From: Xylographa opegraphella
Taxonomy: Eukaryota
Direction of reading: 5' to 3'
DNA length: 64,000 bases
Assembly (NCBI GenBank): GCA_022813865.1
Contig: JALDZX010000005.1
Span: forward strand, 124,001-188,000
Shown in pieces: positions 47,464 through 60,400 of this stretch. A program made the translations under genes and the position numbers. The notes beneath the pieces were generated by a model. It ran no database searches, was not told where the DNA came from, and worked only from the letters and a program-made list of their open reading frames with translations. The number at the start of each line of letters is the position of its first letter. Position 1 is the stretch's first letter.

Positions 47464-50400
47464 TCAGGTCGAGGAGAAAGATGAAGTGGCAGCCGGTTCC
47501 TCGGTGGCGATATTGCGCCTCACGTACTTCAAGGTCTCCGCATCTTTCTCGAGGGTGGAAGAGATCGAGCTCAGTTCGCTAAGGAAGACGATAGTTCGAT
47601 CCAGGAGTCGGAGGAAATTGGTTCTGTCCACGAGTCTGCCGAGGTGAGATCGGTACGTGGCTGCGAGAACGAGCATGTTGCCGAATTGACTGTTCAGGTC
47701 AGTAACAGTCCTATAGTCTTCATGGATGTGGCGTAATTATAGATCTGAAAGCAAAGCCGAGATGAAATCCACTTACGCATGAGCTGTGCCAAAGATATTG
47801 GTGACGATGAGCCGCCCTGCAACCTGCCGAACGACGTCAAAGGCTTCGGTGCTCAGAAAAGCAGCTTCGATACAGTGTTCCGCCGATCGCAAAATTTCCT
47901 TGACTGGATCATCTCTCCCAAGTTGCTCTCTGTACGGTTCCCTGATCGGAGGAGGCATAGTGCCTTTCGGGATCGAAGGGGAACCAGGATGAGCGTAAGG
48001 TAAGGATCGGATGTGTCGATCAAGAGAGTCACGCAACTTCTTGGAATGAAGAGCAATCTCGAGGAATGGCCGATGTATAATATATCGGGCACCGTAGTAT
48101 TTCGCTCGTAACCGAGCAACGTTAATATTAGGATCAGGAGGATCGTCATCGTTCCATCGTAGCGGTTGTGGTAGCAGGCTTCGCCATGCTTGAAGCATGT
48201 GTTCGCACTGATTACGGGCTACCAAAGATATCTGACCGGTATTCTCTGCATATATATTAGCTACCCATCCGACACGGTAGCCGAATGTATGTCTTACCTC
48301 CAGGAGGATAGAGAAGCAACTGAATCTTGTTCAAGGTTGTTCTGAGTGTGATTTGGAATGAATAATAAGCCAGAACCATTCCCTCAGGTTTATCAATCCC
48401 GACCAGGCTGACCAGGTTCGTGCTGTCTTCGGAGACACCGTTCGGGTAACTGACGTCCCCTCCATGATCCGTCGTCTCAATACCACTCCGTTGAAGGTCA
48501 AGCTCGGCAAGTATATCACTACGAAGAGGTTAACCATCGATGCGGTACATGTAGGATTTTGGACAGGAAGGTTGGCACCTTTCAAACTGCAAACAAGTCC
48601 AGTACGCAAATCTGATCATATCCGCTCGGGTCAGGTCAGTCTCTTTGCGCAAAGTCGGGCTTGATGTCATTGTTAGCGACGAAATATGATCGTGGGCGGC
48701 CTCGGACGTACTCTCTAATCAGAAATCGGCAAGCTCGACACGCATTCTGTATCCAGCTCCAGCTCTCCAGAACGCAAGCCATTTGGGACGTGTAGAGACT
48801 GGCTAGCAAGCACGCTTGCACGTACAACAGATCCTGACAGCCATTCAACACCCCCAGGATCTCTACAGCGCGGGCAAAGTATGCGAGACCAGGGATCACG
48901 TCCACGTTTCGTTCGGGTCGGTGGGATTGAGAAAACATTTGCTGTTCTGTTGACGAGCGGCGACTGGTAGCGCCAGTCCGGAGCTCACTTACAGCCGAAG
49001 TTGGAGAAGCGGAAGAAGGTGTTGGTGATGGTTTGATGCATGGCGATTCGTAATATGAAGGAGATTCGGGTCGTAGTATGTGATCCCGGTATGATGATTC
49101 TCTCTGATTCTCCGGCACAGTCCCGGGCAATGGTCCTCGGTGCTCGCATATCTTTCCTAGAGCCATGACGAGTAAAACGATAGCTGTCGACGTTCGGCGC
49201 TCAAGCGGCTGCTCTCTAATACCCCGTGACGAGGATGACGTGCTCATCTCATGAGGACATTCGATCGGTGCGGCCGTCGAATGCTTTCGCTTTGTGGCCT
49301 TGTTCAGAGCTGTGTCTGCACGTACGATGGAATTGTGCGGTGGAAAAGGCGATCTCATTTGACTTGGTTCGGAAGAGGACGTGTAATAGTGAACCCGGTT
49401 GAACATGCGGCTCAGACGAGTTTTGTTTAGGAAAGGATGCAGTATATGTAATGTTTTCAAGTAGCTTTCGCGAAGACGATCCATGGTTGACGAGTCCAAC
49501 TTCAAACTTCCATCGGGATTCAGACCGCCAGGATGATCTTGGGTCGACGTTCTAGGATCTTGAACGGTTGGCGGACCCAAAGCGGTTCCCCATACGTCGG
49601 GAGGTGACGACCCAGGACTTCGAGAGATGTCTTCACTTCTGATACTGGGAGTGCTCGTTACCGGACTTGCAGGACCAGGTGCAGCTCCGTCATAGATATC
49701 ACGGCCCTGACCGCGGCCATACAATCTTATCAAGCCCTTCCTTTCTTCCATCTCCATTACATAGTCTTCACTCAAGGGACGTTTTTTTAATAGTGATTTG
49801 ATGGTGGGCCACCTCAACAATCTGTGTGCACCGGTAGTATGATCCACTGCGATTGAGCCATAGCTCATTCCGTCCTGCGGAAAGAGGTCAGACGCGGGAT
49901 TGTTTGCTTCATCATGCTGCTCCGCGCGCTGTTGCTCGTGTGTCGCGTCCGAAAGTGATGTGACAAAAGGCTTTCGTTCCAACGAATTGGCGCTGGTGTG
50001 CAACGGGATATCCTTGATATCCTCCGCCAGGCCGCTTTGTAAGGCAGTCGAACGTCCCTCGACCGATTGCCCGAGATCCCGCCGTTCAAGCCGAGTTTCC
50101 ATCCTCTCGATCATCTCGCGCATTGCTTTGAGCTGATCCATGATCTCTTTCTGAGCTCGGTCGGCTCTGAAGCAGTGTTAGGCATGGTCGAACGGGCGAG
50201 TATGGAAGAGGCTTACTTTGGCGGAGCAACCTCCTTGTATCTGCATTGCTGATTGTTGTCCTTGCAGTAGCCGCAAATCGGCTTCCCCTCGTCACACTTT
50301 GCTTTTCGGTTTCGACAAGTATCACAAGCCTGCCCATCATCAGCGGCAGCAAGGCGAGCAGAGCCTTCGAACCTACTTGTAGCGCTCGAGTGTTCTTTCG

Positions 50401-51066
50401 AGGCCCTTGTTGCTGCCTCATCCAGTCCTGGCTCGGCCCGTATACCCCTGCGCTGTACAGCGGACCACCTTGGCCGATCGGGGGCTCCGGGTAATTCGCG
50501 AACGGTCCGGCGAGTGGAGGACGCTGCGACGGATCATGAGGCGTAGACATCGGTAAACCATGTGCAGGACCACCATTCATGTACCCATCTGGAGGAGCAT
50601 AAGTAATCGGTTGTCCACCGAGATGGCTGGGTGCTTCTGAAACCGGATGAGGTGGGTAATGCTGTCCGTCGTTGGCGGAGGCGGTGTTCAGCGGCCGGAG
50701 CGCCGTCACGGGCGGACCTTCGTCCGGTGAACGAGTCGGAGCCGACACGCTCCCGTGTTTCGAGTAGGTGGACTCCGGTTGGAAGGGCCGGGCGTTCTGG
50801 ACGGGCGTATCGTAGCCGGATTGCGGGTGAGGATAGCCGTGGGGTGGGATGTCGGGGAGATTCCGATGATCGTGGGCGGCATCGTACGGCGACGGCGGCA
50901 ACGGCTGGTTATAAGCTGACGGCGGTCGAAGGGCATGGGTTTGGTAGCTGTGTAACGGTAACGGGGACTCGGTATGCTGCTGATGCACTCGGTGCATGGG
51001 CGCCGCCCCTCCAAAGGAATCCAAACGAGGCCGCTTGCTTGCCTCTGGACCGATTTCCTCCATCAT
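47464..51066 (-). CDS. Zn(II)2Cys6 fungal transcription factor with a C-terminal fungal-specific TF domain; about 7 coding exons
   Basis: Spliced RKNTRALQ|ACDTCRNRKAKCDEGKPICGYCKDNNQQCRYKEVAPPK. Also HTTGAHRLLRWP, YLKTLHILHPFL, NVDVIPGLAYF, FAYWTCLQFES, ARLRAKYYGARYIIHRPFL, TNIFGTAHA|QFGNMLVLAA. Confidence 0.93.
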
Positions 51067-54000
51067 GTTCCTGCGAAGACCAAATCCATCTGCCCACAGC
51101 GAGAGGAGCACAGCACTACCAGGCAGGTGACATGATCTGAATCGACAGCAAGGTGCGTTCCAGAGTGGGCAAGCTGCATCAAACAGAGCGTCCACGCAGC
51201 CACATCGACAGGTAAGCTGCAGGAAGGAAGGAAGTCTATCTCGGTGTGGGCGACCAGCCTAAATGAGTCCCACGGTTAGCAGACGCAAAGGTACATGAGC
51301 ACTGCGGCTCTCGCTGTTGTTGCCCAACGGCAGAGAATACCTACTTGGCCACCTGACGATCTTTTCGTTCCCTTGCCCTAGGATGCTGGGGTATTATTTG
51401 GTGGGGAGGGCGAAGGTATGGTTACGGAGCGGACGTAATAATGGTCGGAGGGACGAATTCCTTTAACGTTTGATATGAGACGGTTAGTAGCTCATGATGG
51501 GGGGGTGGACGGGGAAGCAGGATCCAGCTCTTAAGTCGGGCTTCCTCGCGTGGCCTCCCAGACCGGTGGCAGTAGCTAGGGAAGTCTAAGTGGGTAGGTT
51601 TGAAGAGTGATTTCCTCTACTAGTACGTAGTTTCGCTGGAATTGGATTTCGCGTGGGAGAGCTCGAGCAGGAAGACGAGCGACCAGTGAGCATTGGAGAG
51701 GGGCGTACCAGAGTAGCTTTTGGTGGCCACACGGGCGAAGTTTGATAGAGCCACGCGCGGAGGTTGCGAGAGCTTGGGGGGGGGAGGTTTAGTGGTGGGT
51801 GGGGAGGAGGAGGAGGAGAGAGAACTAGGGTAGGGAAGCGGGTCCAGATGGTGACATGGATTTTGCTTAGCGGCCCCAGATCCAGTGCATCGGAATTACA
51901 TCGACTGGGGGGGAGGGCTGGGGGGCGGTGGCCCCCTACCCCCGGGCGGGTGGCACCCCTGACGCCTGAGTCAGGAGGGTATGAGGGCTCCCAGTAAAAA
52001 AGCATAGGAAATAATGGACGATCAAAACGGATGGCATAGTCGGATCAAGCGCCTTAGAGGCAATAGTAGGTATTAATGTTGATTTCGAGACTGATCTGAT
52101 AAGTGATGGTTACTGGTCCGAACTGCCGACTCCCAAACACCCTGCCAACGCCCAAACGCCCAAACGCGGTCCAGATGAGATCTTCGACGGCGCCGATGGC
52201 ATGAGAGATCATACGACGCTGGTCAGACGCATATCGAAATATTATGTACTAGCATCGTGGGCCGCTGCAAAGTCGGCCAAAAGCACCACCACTCGGTCTC
52301 TGAGCCTCCAAATTCCAAGGCGTGGAATATCTGCGGTCGTCGGCAATCCCACGCCAGAGGGACCAATCGGGGGTGCCAGAGTGCTTCTATACCTTCCGGA
52401 TTCGCCATCCAGTTATCAAGTGAGAGCGTCGGAGTGCCGCGGTCGGCGCGTTACGAAATCTCATCTGCAGCCGGTGAACATTAAACGACCGGAGAGTCAA
52501 TGTATGACAAGATGGTGGTGGAGCATAAGCTTCTACTTTCCGCACGAAAGTTTGCGACTTGACCACCGCTCTTGCGTGGCAAGAACGAAAAAATCTGCGA
52601 CGAAGTTTTCGACCCGCCACGCACATGCTGCCATTGGTCGGTGCGTTTGTGATCCTCACAAGCCACAATGTGATAAGGGGGGCATGACCCAATGAGAGCG
52701 CCTTTGGGCCACTCCTTCGACGCCAATTCTTCCTCGCACAGGGTTTGAGCGCAAAAGGTATACGATGTTCGAGGAGGAGGGAGGGGGAAGAATCAGTCAG
52801 CACGGAGCGTTCAACTGCTTCGAGGGCAAGCGCGACCGATCGTGGCTGGATGAGGTCAGCTAGAAAACCTCGTCGGATTTCATGACCATCTATAATTCAC
52901 GGTAGACTGATCGATATCGTTGTGTTTTCCAAAACTTCCTATCAATCCTACAAATTGATACCCAATATCAACGTCCATGCCCAATGATCAGCATCCGACT
53001 CCTCCGTTACTCAGCCAGCTGCAGATCTACGGCCACTTGTTGGCGTGGGGGAGGGGGAGGGGGCATCTAGGCGGCGAGGAACGGCTGGCTTTGATATCAA
53101 CCGCAAGTCGAGTCTAGTAGTAGTAGTCGTCGGTGATACTTGTAGTTGCGGCGGGTATTTCCTTGTCGCAGCCTGTCCGAGACACTGAGAAGCGGACCGA
53201 TTGGATTGAGGGGAGAACCTAAACCATAACCACGCTCTGACACCGTTTATAGGCACAAAATCCACGGGCCTCGACGTGGTGGATGATAACGACTGGTCGG
53301 AGCCAGGCCTAGTCATAGCCCGCTTTGGCCATTCCCGGGTGAAGAGGGATTCAAAGTTTGCAAAACGTCTACGGCGTGGCAAGTGACAGCGGACAACTGC
53401 CGTCTTGGCTTCGGCATGTCGAAGGCGTGTCAGCTCAAGAAAGCGGACTGTGCTTCCCATGGACGCTCATGTGTCATTCGTTGTGGTCAAACAGTAGGAG
53501 CTTCTACAGCACGCACGTTACGGAGAGCCTCTCTGTATCCTGGTCCCAGGGTCATCTTGCATTGTACTTGCATCGATACGATCTGTCCGAGATGCGAGTC
53601 AGAGGGTGCTGCACACATTTCCTCCGTCTTTGTACATACTTCAGATTTGCGTGCAGCAGTTTTGCTCGTCTCGGAGACCCGGGTTGACTTGGTTGAAAGC
53701 GGCCCTTCTTGCAGAAGAGGCGTTACAGTAGCAGGCAGTGTAACGGGGTATTTTCGAGCTTGGTCGCTCGCGGGCGGATAGACGGTTTTTCGGCCTGGCT
53801 CGCTCTATCCTGACCTGTTTTTCTTTGGCTTGGAGCTCAAGCCGTCCATTTCAGCCGATACCTTTAGCCTCCATCGTCATCCTCCTCGAGCTCCGTGACC
53901 GACCGCGCGTAGGCCTCGCGTTCACGAGGGTTCTCGACCGGCAGGAGTGAATTATATGTGAAGATGGCTCGACCCATTGGGTTTGTGTGCCTATTCCCAA

Positions 54001-56426
54001 ATTGCAGACAGGGGCATTAGTTGCAGATTCCCACGTTGGCAGCCGCGACGAACGGCGGCGTGCATGCTACCTGTCAAAAAGCAGAAAGGTGGGCTTTCTC
54101 AACAGTATTGCTATACCCAGTACCAGGTTCGACGATGTAGCCACGGGCGAAGCGTTCTGGGTGCTTCGTTTACTCAGCGAGTCCGTACCTCAACAGAATC
54201 CCCCAGCCTCTGGGTGAGCAGGCTGCGAGCCAATGGACGCAAGCCTGCCTGTGGCACGTCCAAGCTTCACCCCAGCCAAGGCTGGGAATAGCGAGCATCC
54301 AAGGCCGGTGGACCGTGGTTCGTCGACGATCTGGTAGGGTTGGAGGTACACAGTAGACGAACCCCCATGATGCACGGGGGAGTCTTGCGTTGAGCAGGGC
54401 AAGAATAGACGTCCTACTCCGTACTCTGCACGCGTCAACGGGCAAGTCGTGGGTCGTACTCTACTCATTCTGGTCATCATCCCGGGTCTGATAGCGCAGG
54501 TTTGGCCACCCAAGTCAACTACTACTGTAAATCTACCGTGCTGCAGGTGCCTCACAAGAAGCTTCAGCTGCCGTTTGTGCTTCCGCTTGACGGAGGAAGG
54601 AATGAATCTGGGCGAGCAATGCTCCGGTTGGTTGGATGTCTGGCGGTCTCGTTGTCTGGACGGCGGATACCCCGCTTCAAACAACAAATCAGCACTACGA
54701 CGATAAGGTACGCAACGCAACACGGCTGCTTCAGCGGTCAGGACGTGTAGTATTCTCCGTATTCACAGGTCGTAAATGCGATGGATGTATCTGACATGAT
54801 CTCGATGCGAGATATCTCGATTGCGAGCCATCTGGGCGCAACGATGGGATGCAGAGCAGACGGAACCTGTTTTGTCTCAGCATCGTCAATCATCAATCAT
54901 AAACTAGCAATCGTACGATGGGAATAAGACTAATATCATAAAACTAAGGAGCGAGTCGAAGGCCAGAAGTCGTGCAGGGGGGTGTGGGTGTAGCAGTGGC
55001 CGGTGTATGTACAATCATCTCGCCCGGCTCTTTTTTCCCCGACTCTTCTTCTCTCGTCCGCTTCCTTCTCCTCTTCCTCCTTCCTTCTCTTCCTCATCCC
55101 TCCATCCTCCCTCTCTCTCTCACCGGCGCATTGGTCGGAGTGGTCGGAGTGGTCGGGATGGCCAAAGTGTCAACGGGCCTCGTGACTGCTGCAGTGTCAC
55201 CCGCAGGCCTGCATCATCAGCCTTGCTGAGTAGCGGTCAAAGTGTGGGATGTGATGTGCAATGCACTCCTCCTGTCGGCCATCTCACATCCAACGGCCGG
55301 CCGCTGTCGTACAGTGTGCTTGCTGCACGCTCTTGTCCCACCCCAACCCCCAAAAGCCTTCGCCCCCCCGGCACTTGCACGGAGCACAGACCAACACTAA
55401 CTCGAGGCATTGCGACTGACTAAGGTACCACAGGAAATAGCCTCAATTGCGAGACTCTTGGCTTGAGACCGGGAGGCTCGCAAGGTTCGAAAGTATCTAA
55501 ACGATGAAACCCGTTCAGGAACTGCTCCGTCGTGTAGGGGAGTTGGCGTCGGGCAGCAATGGGGGATGTCCCTGCTGCGAAACGTGGTGATTGTCGAACT
55601 CAATAACCGAAGTCTTACAGTACGAGTCCCAAGCCGCGTTCGACCTCGACTTTGACGCATGAAGAGCCAGCTCCACCGGCTCCGTCAGCTCCCGGAACCC
55701 AATTGGGACTGCCTTTGGCCTACAGTAGAGCTGTTGGGGGTCTATTTATACATCTGTTGTTGAGCAAGTCCGAGTGTGCTCGGACAGCAGCAGGAACGGT
55801 CTCGTCAGACGCAGTCGGAATTAATTAACGGATTCATGGATCGTCGTTGAAATCCAAGAGGTAATGTATGGACCTGCATTCCTTCCATGGACATCGGGCA
55901 ATTTATCCCTGATGCTCTTGCCGCGACTCATCAAGCGTGGCTTTACCGAGCCCGCTGTGAGCGGTTGACAGCTTTTGGTAGACTAGAGAGTATGAAGGAT
56001 GTCCAACCCACGAGTAACTTAGTGAGGGGAAAGCCTTGACACTCAGCATCGAATTTCAACGAAAGCCTCCACTGGAGCAAGACTTCTAGCTTGGCACTCG
56101 CTCGTCGATTGATCAACGGCGTGACAGGGCCTGGCCAAACCCTTGAGCCTGGGAGAAGCAAGAGCTGCAAAAAGAGCGAAGTCGGTCATTATCATTCCAA
56201 ACGCAACGTGCGTAACGCCTCGTCCCAATGGGGCCTTGGCCCATGCGGCACGACCTCGAGCTCGACACACCTCCTCCAGGCTACGGCGCAATCAGGCCGG
56301 AGCTTATCCTTCCACCCTAGACTACCTCAGCTTCAGCTTCCTGGACCTTAATTGCCCTGAGACACTACTCTCCCCAGTAGGTTTGTATACCCGTTTGAAG
56401 TCGCTGCTCGACCGCCGTCGCCAAGC

Positions 56427-57446
56427 ATGAAGCTGTGGCTCTTCCTACTCGGCGCTGCCTCGTCGTTGGCCCAAAACACCACCCACCGAGTCACCGTGGG
56501 CGCGAACGGCGTGCTTGCGTACAACCCTTCCACCGTCTTTGCGAATACAGGCGACCTGGTCCAATTTGAGTTCTACCCATCGGTCAGTACTCGCAATTCC
56601 TTGTGTGATGGAATTATCGCAAAGCCAATCCTTGTATTGCGCTCTCACCCTGAAGCTCCTTCCCCGCTGTACAAGGCTTCAATGCACCGGCTAATGGAAC
56701 GGCCTCCGACTTCAGAACCATTCCGTCACTCAATCAGACCCATCCACTCCTTGCGTCCCTCTCTCGAATGGCTTCTTCTCCGGCTTCATCTACGAGGCCA
56801 ATGGCTCGGCCATCGCAGCAACGACGTTTGTCCTGACCGTCAACAGCACGCAGGCGCTATATTTTTACTCCTCCCAAGGCCATGAATGTAAACAGGGTAT
56901 GGTCGGGGTCATAAATCCGTAAGCACCCCTTGTGCTCGCAAAAGTCCTCGCACTCCTCCGCATTATACCCTGCAATTGATCATCACTTCCCCCCCGGAAC
57001 GTTCCCCAATCCAAATCCGCCCCGCTAAACCTCCGTCCGGCGACAGCAACAACTCCACGTCCCAGATCACTTACGCCGCCACCGCTGCCAACAGCACCTC
57101 GAACTCCACCGCTCCGCCCACCGGGCCCATGGGTGGCGTGCTCGAAACCGTCGCAACGCTCTCCAATGACACCACCACCACCATCCTCTCCACCGCGTCC
57201 GAAACTCCCTTCCCGAGCACTGCGCCCAGCACAACGCCCAGCACAACGCCCACCGGAATCGTCGTGACCCCCGGCGGTACGACGACGACGACCTCGCCGA
57301 GCGGAGGCACCGTGTCGGCCAGTACGAGCGGAGCGGCGGCGGCTGCGACATCTTCGGCGGCGGCCGGGAGGGTGGAGGGAATGAGGTGGGCCGCAGGCGC
57401 AGGGATAGGGATGGGGCTTCTAGGGGCCTGGAGCTTGGAGTGGTAA
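56427..57446 (+). CDS. Extracellular Ser/Thr-rich, GPI-anchored cupredoxin-like protein; 3 exons
   Basis: Signal peptide, THRVTVGANGVLAYNPSTVFANTGDLVQFEFYPS|NHSVTQSDPSTPCVPLSNGFFSGF...FYSSQGHECKQGMVGVINP, S/T stalk, hydrophobic C-terminal GPI-type signal. Confidence 0.88.
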
Positions 57447-60400
57447 TGGGTTGCGGCGGGAGATAACATCGGGCAGATACATGGATGTGAAAATGGACGG
57501 TGGGATATGTCATGAATGAAACGCAGGCACGGCAGAAGCACTCATAATGTGTGACATGGGAAACACGAAGCGGAAGTGGAGACGCCCCGACGAGGCGGAT
57601 GGCAAACAAGCCACGTGGAATATCTAATAATGGGCACGCAGTTCTCTGCTTCGCACGTCGATCGCTCAACACCCTTTCTTCGCTTTTATTCTACTTTGCT
57701 CATTACTCGCTGAGAGATATCTAGTCTTTTCGATTCTATAGGGGGTACACTCTCCCACATTTTCTCCCTCTCGCTTTCCCCAACCCCCCTTGCTGCTCCT
57801 CGTGAAAGGCAACCGATACGCCGTCGACTTTATCGCGCAACAGGAGATTCTACACGCCGTTTCGCGTGCTTAGAAAGGGGCCAGGAAAAGCCTAGCCATC
57901 GAAGACTTTCGCATTGGGATGGTGCTATCGTGACCTAGGATCTTCATCTGCGCTTTTGCGTAACCCCCTACTTTACCTTACGCGTGCGCAGAATCCGTTT
58001 TTTTCGCGACGATGTAATGGGGAGATTGGTGGTGATTACTACTATATCCTAGGAGCTTCCCCCCCCGCCAGAGGTCAGGACTACGCAGAGGGTAAAACGG
58101 ACCGCGGAGGTTCGAAGCGCCTTGCTGTGGACTGGATGTCTACGGCAGTGTAATGTAGGCAGGCCTGCTCGTCAGCGTAACGTATACTACGCCGATGGCT
58201 TATACGCGTTTTAGCATACACCCAGCTCAAAAAGTTGACGCAGAGCGGGAGATGAAATGGAGCTGCGTCGGTAGACTTCTCTGCTTGCGCGGTGCGCAGC
58301 TTTCCCAACCTCCCTTATCTAACGCTGTGTATACTGTGTCCCCACCTTCCCTTCCGCTCCTCTGCCTTCCTTTCCACCCCACCCTGCCTTGGCCGGCATC
58401 CCTCGTTTCCCACAAGTGGTGCTTTTTTAACGTCGATATGGAGGAAGACCAACGGGGATGGTAGCTGCTAATAAGTCGGATATATCAAGACAACAAACAA
58501 CCCAGAAACGAACAACGAAAAAAGGAAAGCACTCCATCGGATTCCCTACCCCATTGCAGACTCTCTCAAGGATACAAACCCCTCCATAAAAGGTGGCCTT
58601 TTTCTTCACGGTTCGATCACAGGTAATAAACTCGTTCGTTAGTAGTAATGCGTGTTTTTCATCGAAACCAATACACGAAAAAGGCCCCCCCTTTAGTTAA
58701 TCCACTGGTCAATATACAAAAGTGCTCGCTAGCTGTCATTATAGGTAGTCTACGGATCCCAGGGATATGGGCCTAATATTCGTATTCTAATTAACCCGCC
58801 GGTTCTATAGGATGAATATGAAGCGGCTTCGCTGGACGCATGGTTGGAGTTGCCCTCTGTGTTTGGTTCACATGTGTGGACTCTGAGGACTTGTGTGCTG
58901 TGCTTGTGCTGTGCTTGTGCTGTATGTGGCTCCGTATCTTCCTCCCCCTCAATACCCTCATCTTACATCCAGGCCACCACCAGCCCCTTCTCTCCTGACC
59001 GCTCATGGAACATTTAACAAAGACTCCAAGTCCGCCTCGGCGAACCGCAGCGGCGTCGACGAGCCACTCTTTCGGAAATGAAAGGATCCTCCAGAGGGGT
59101 GCTTCCAGTCTGCCGGACTCTCGGTAGCTTAGTGTCAACAGTCCTCGGATGATTCTGCTAAGACACGTGCTAAAACTTCGGAAGAGTCTCGACCCTAGGC
59201 TGCACTGAGTGCGGGCCTGTTTCAGGCCCTCGAAAGGTAAGGGTCTAACTGATGAGCGAGTCTTACGATAGGTGCGGTAGAAGGCAAGGGAGAAGACGAT
59301 GATATTTCCTTGCCATGACGAAGGTGGGTTGAAGCATCGACCATGTGTGCGTGCAAGAGACAGTTTGCCCCATATCAGCCGACGGTGGCTCGGAACGGGA
59401 GATGTCGATCCTTTGGGGGGGATACATGCATGATGGGTTGAACAGGTCCATCGACTGACTGATGCTGGTGTACGGTACGATCAGTCCGGTTTTGTTTGTC
59501 AGAGCATGGACCGGTCTCTTTTGACTGGAGCATTCGATTATTTGGTCTGGATGTTGAGAATGGAATGACGGTGCTTGAATCACGGGCGTTGTCTTGGTTC
59601 TCCACAGATGTACCACCATCTCATCTTCCGTGTCTGATCTCATCCTTCAGCTTTGGCAGGCCTTCATGTTCGCCGCAGTCACCAGGAACCGTTATTATTT
59701 CCCGTGCAGAGTGCACAACTGCCAAGTTCACACCATGCATGATATTGGTGTTTTCTAACCCGATGCTGAGGCAAGTCAATAAACACCCGCAGGGTAACTT
59801 TGCAACGACGAAAAGGCGAAGAAGTCTCGATGGATCTGTCTAATTACACGTCCATTCCATATTTGCCAGATAAGGCGCGTCCCACCGGTTTCTGGTCTCT
59901 TAAGTGGAGGACAGAGCGACGCACATTCATGGTCTTCATCTTCTTCATGGGACTCGACAGCGCTGTTCACATCAACACCAATCCGTAATACCGAAAACTT
60001 GACAGCGGCTTTCGAGGCCCAATCGCTAGGGGAATATTTTGTTTGTTTGCTCGTAGTCGAGTAGACGTTGATCAAGCCCCTAGATGTTCTCTCCGGGTGA
60101 CGAGTTGTTTTGTGGACGTCGAAGGAAACGAAGGTTCGAAGCTTCCTTGGACGCGTAACTGATAGGGGTTGGCCCGGACTTCATCTCCACCATCGGCTCT
60201 TGTCTCCAGTCCCGGACATGGAATGGGACATGTTCTTGATATTTCGTGGAGTGGAAGTGGGAAATGCAGTGGAGGCAAATCTCATCTCGATCTCCAGCAA
60301 CGGCGCGTGAGCAGGGTACGAAGGTATTCCTGTCGGGATTCTGCTTTCCGCTCTGGTGTACTCAATCATATATACGGGGTGCGTAGGCTGCTCTACCCGA

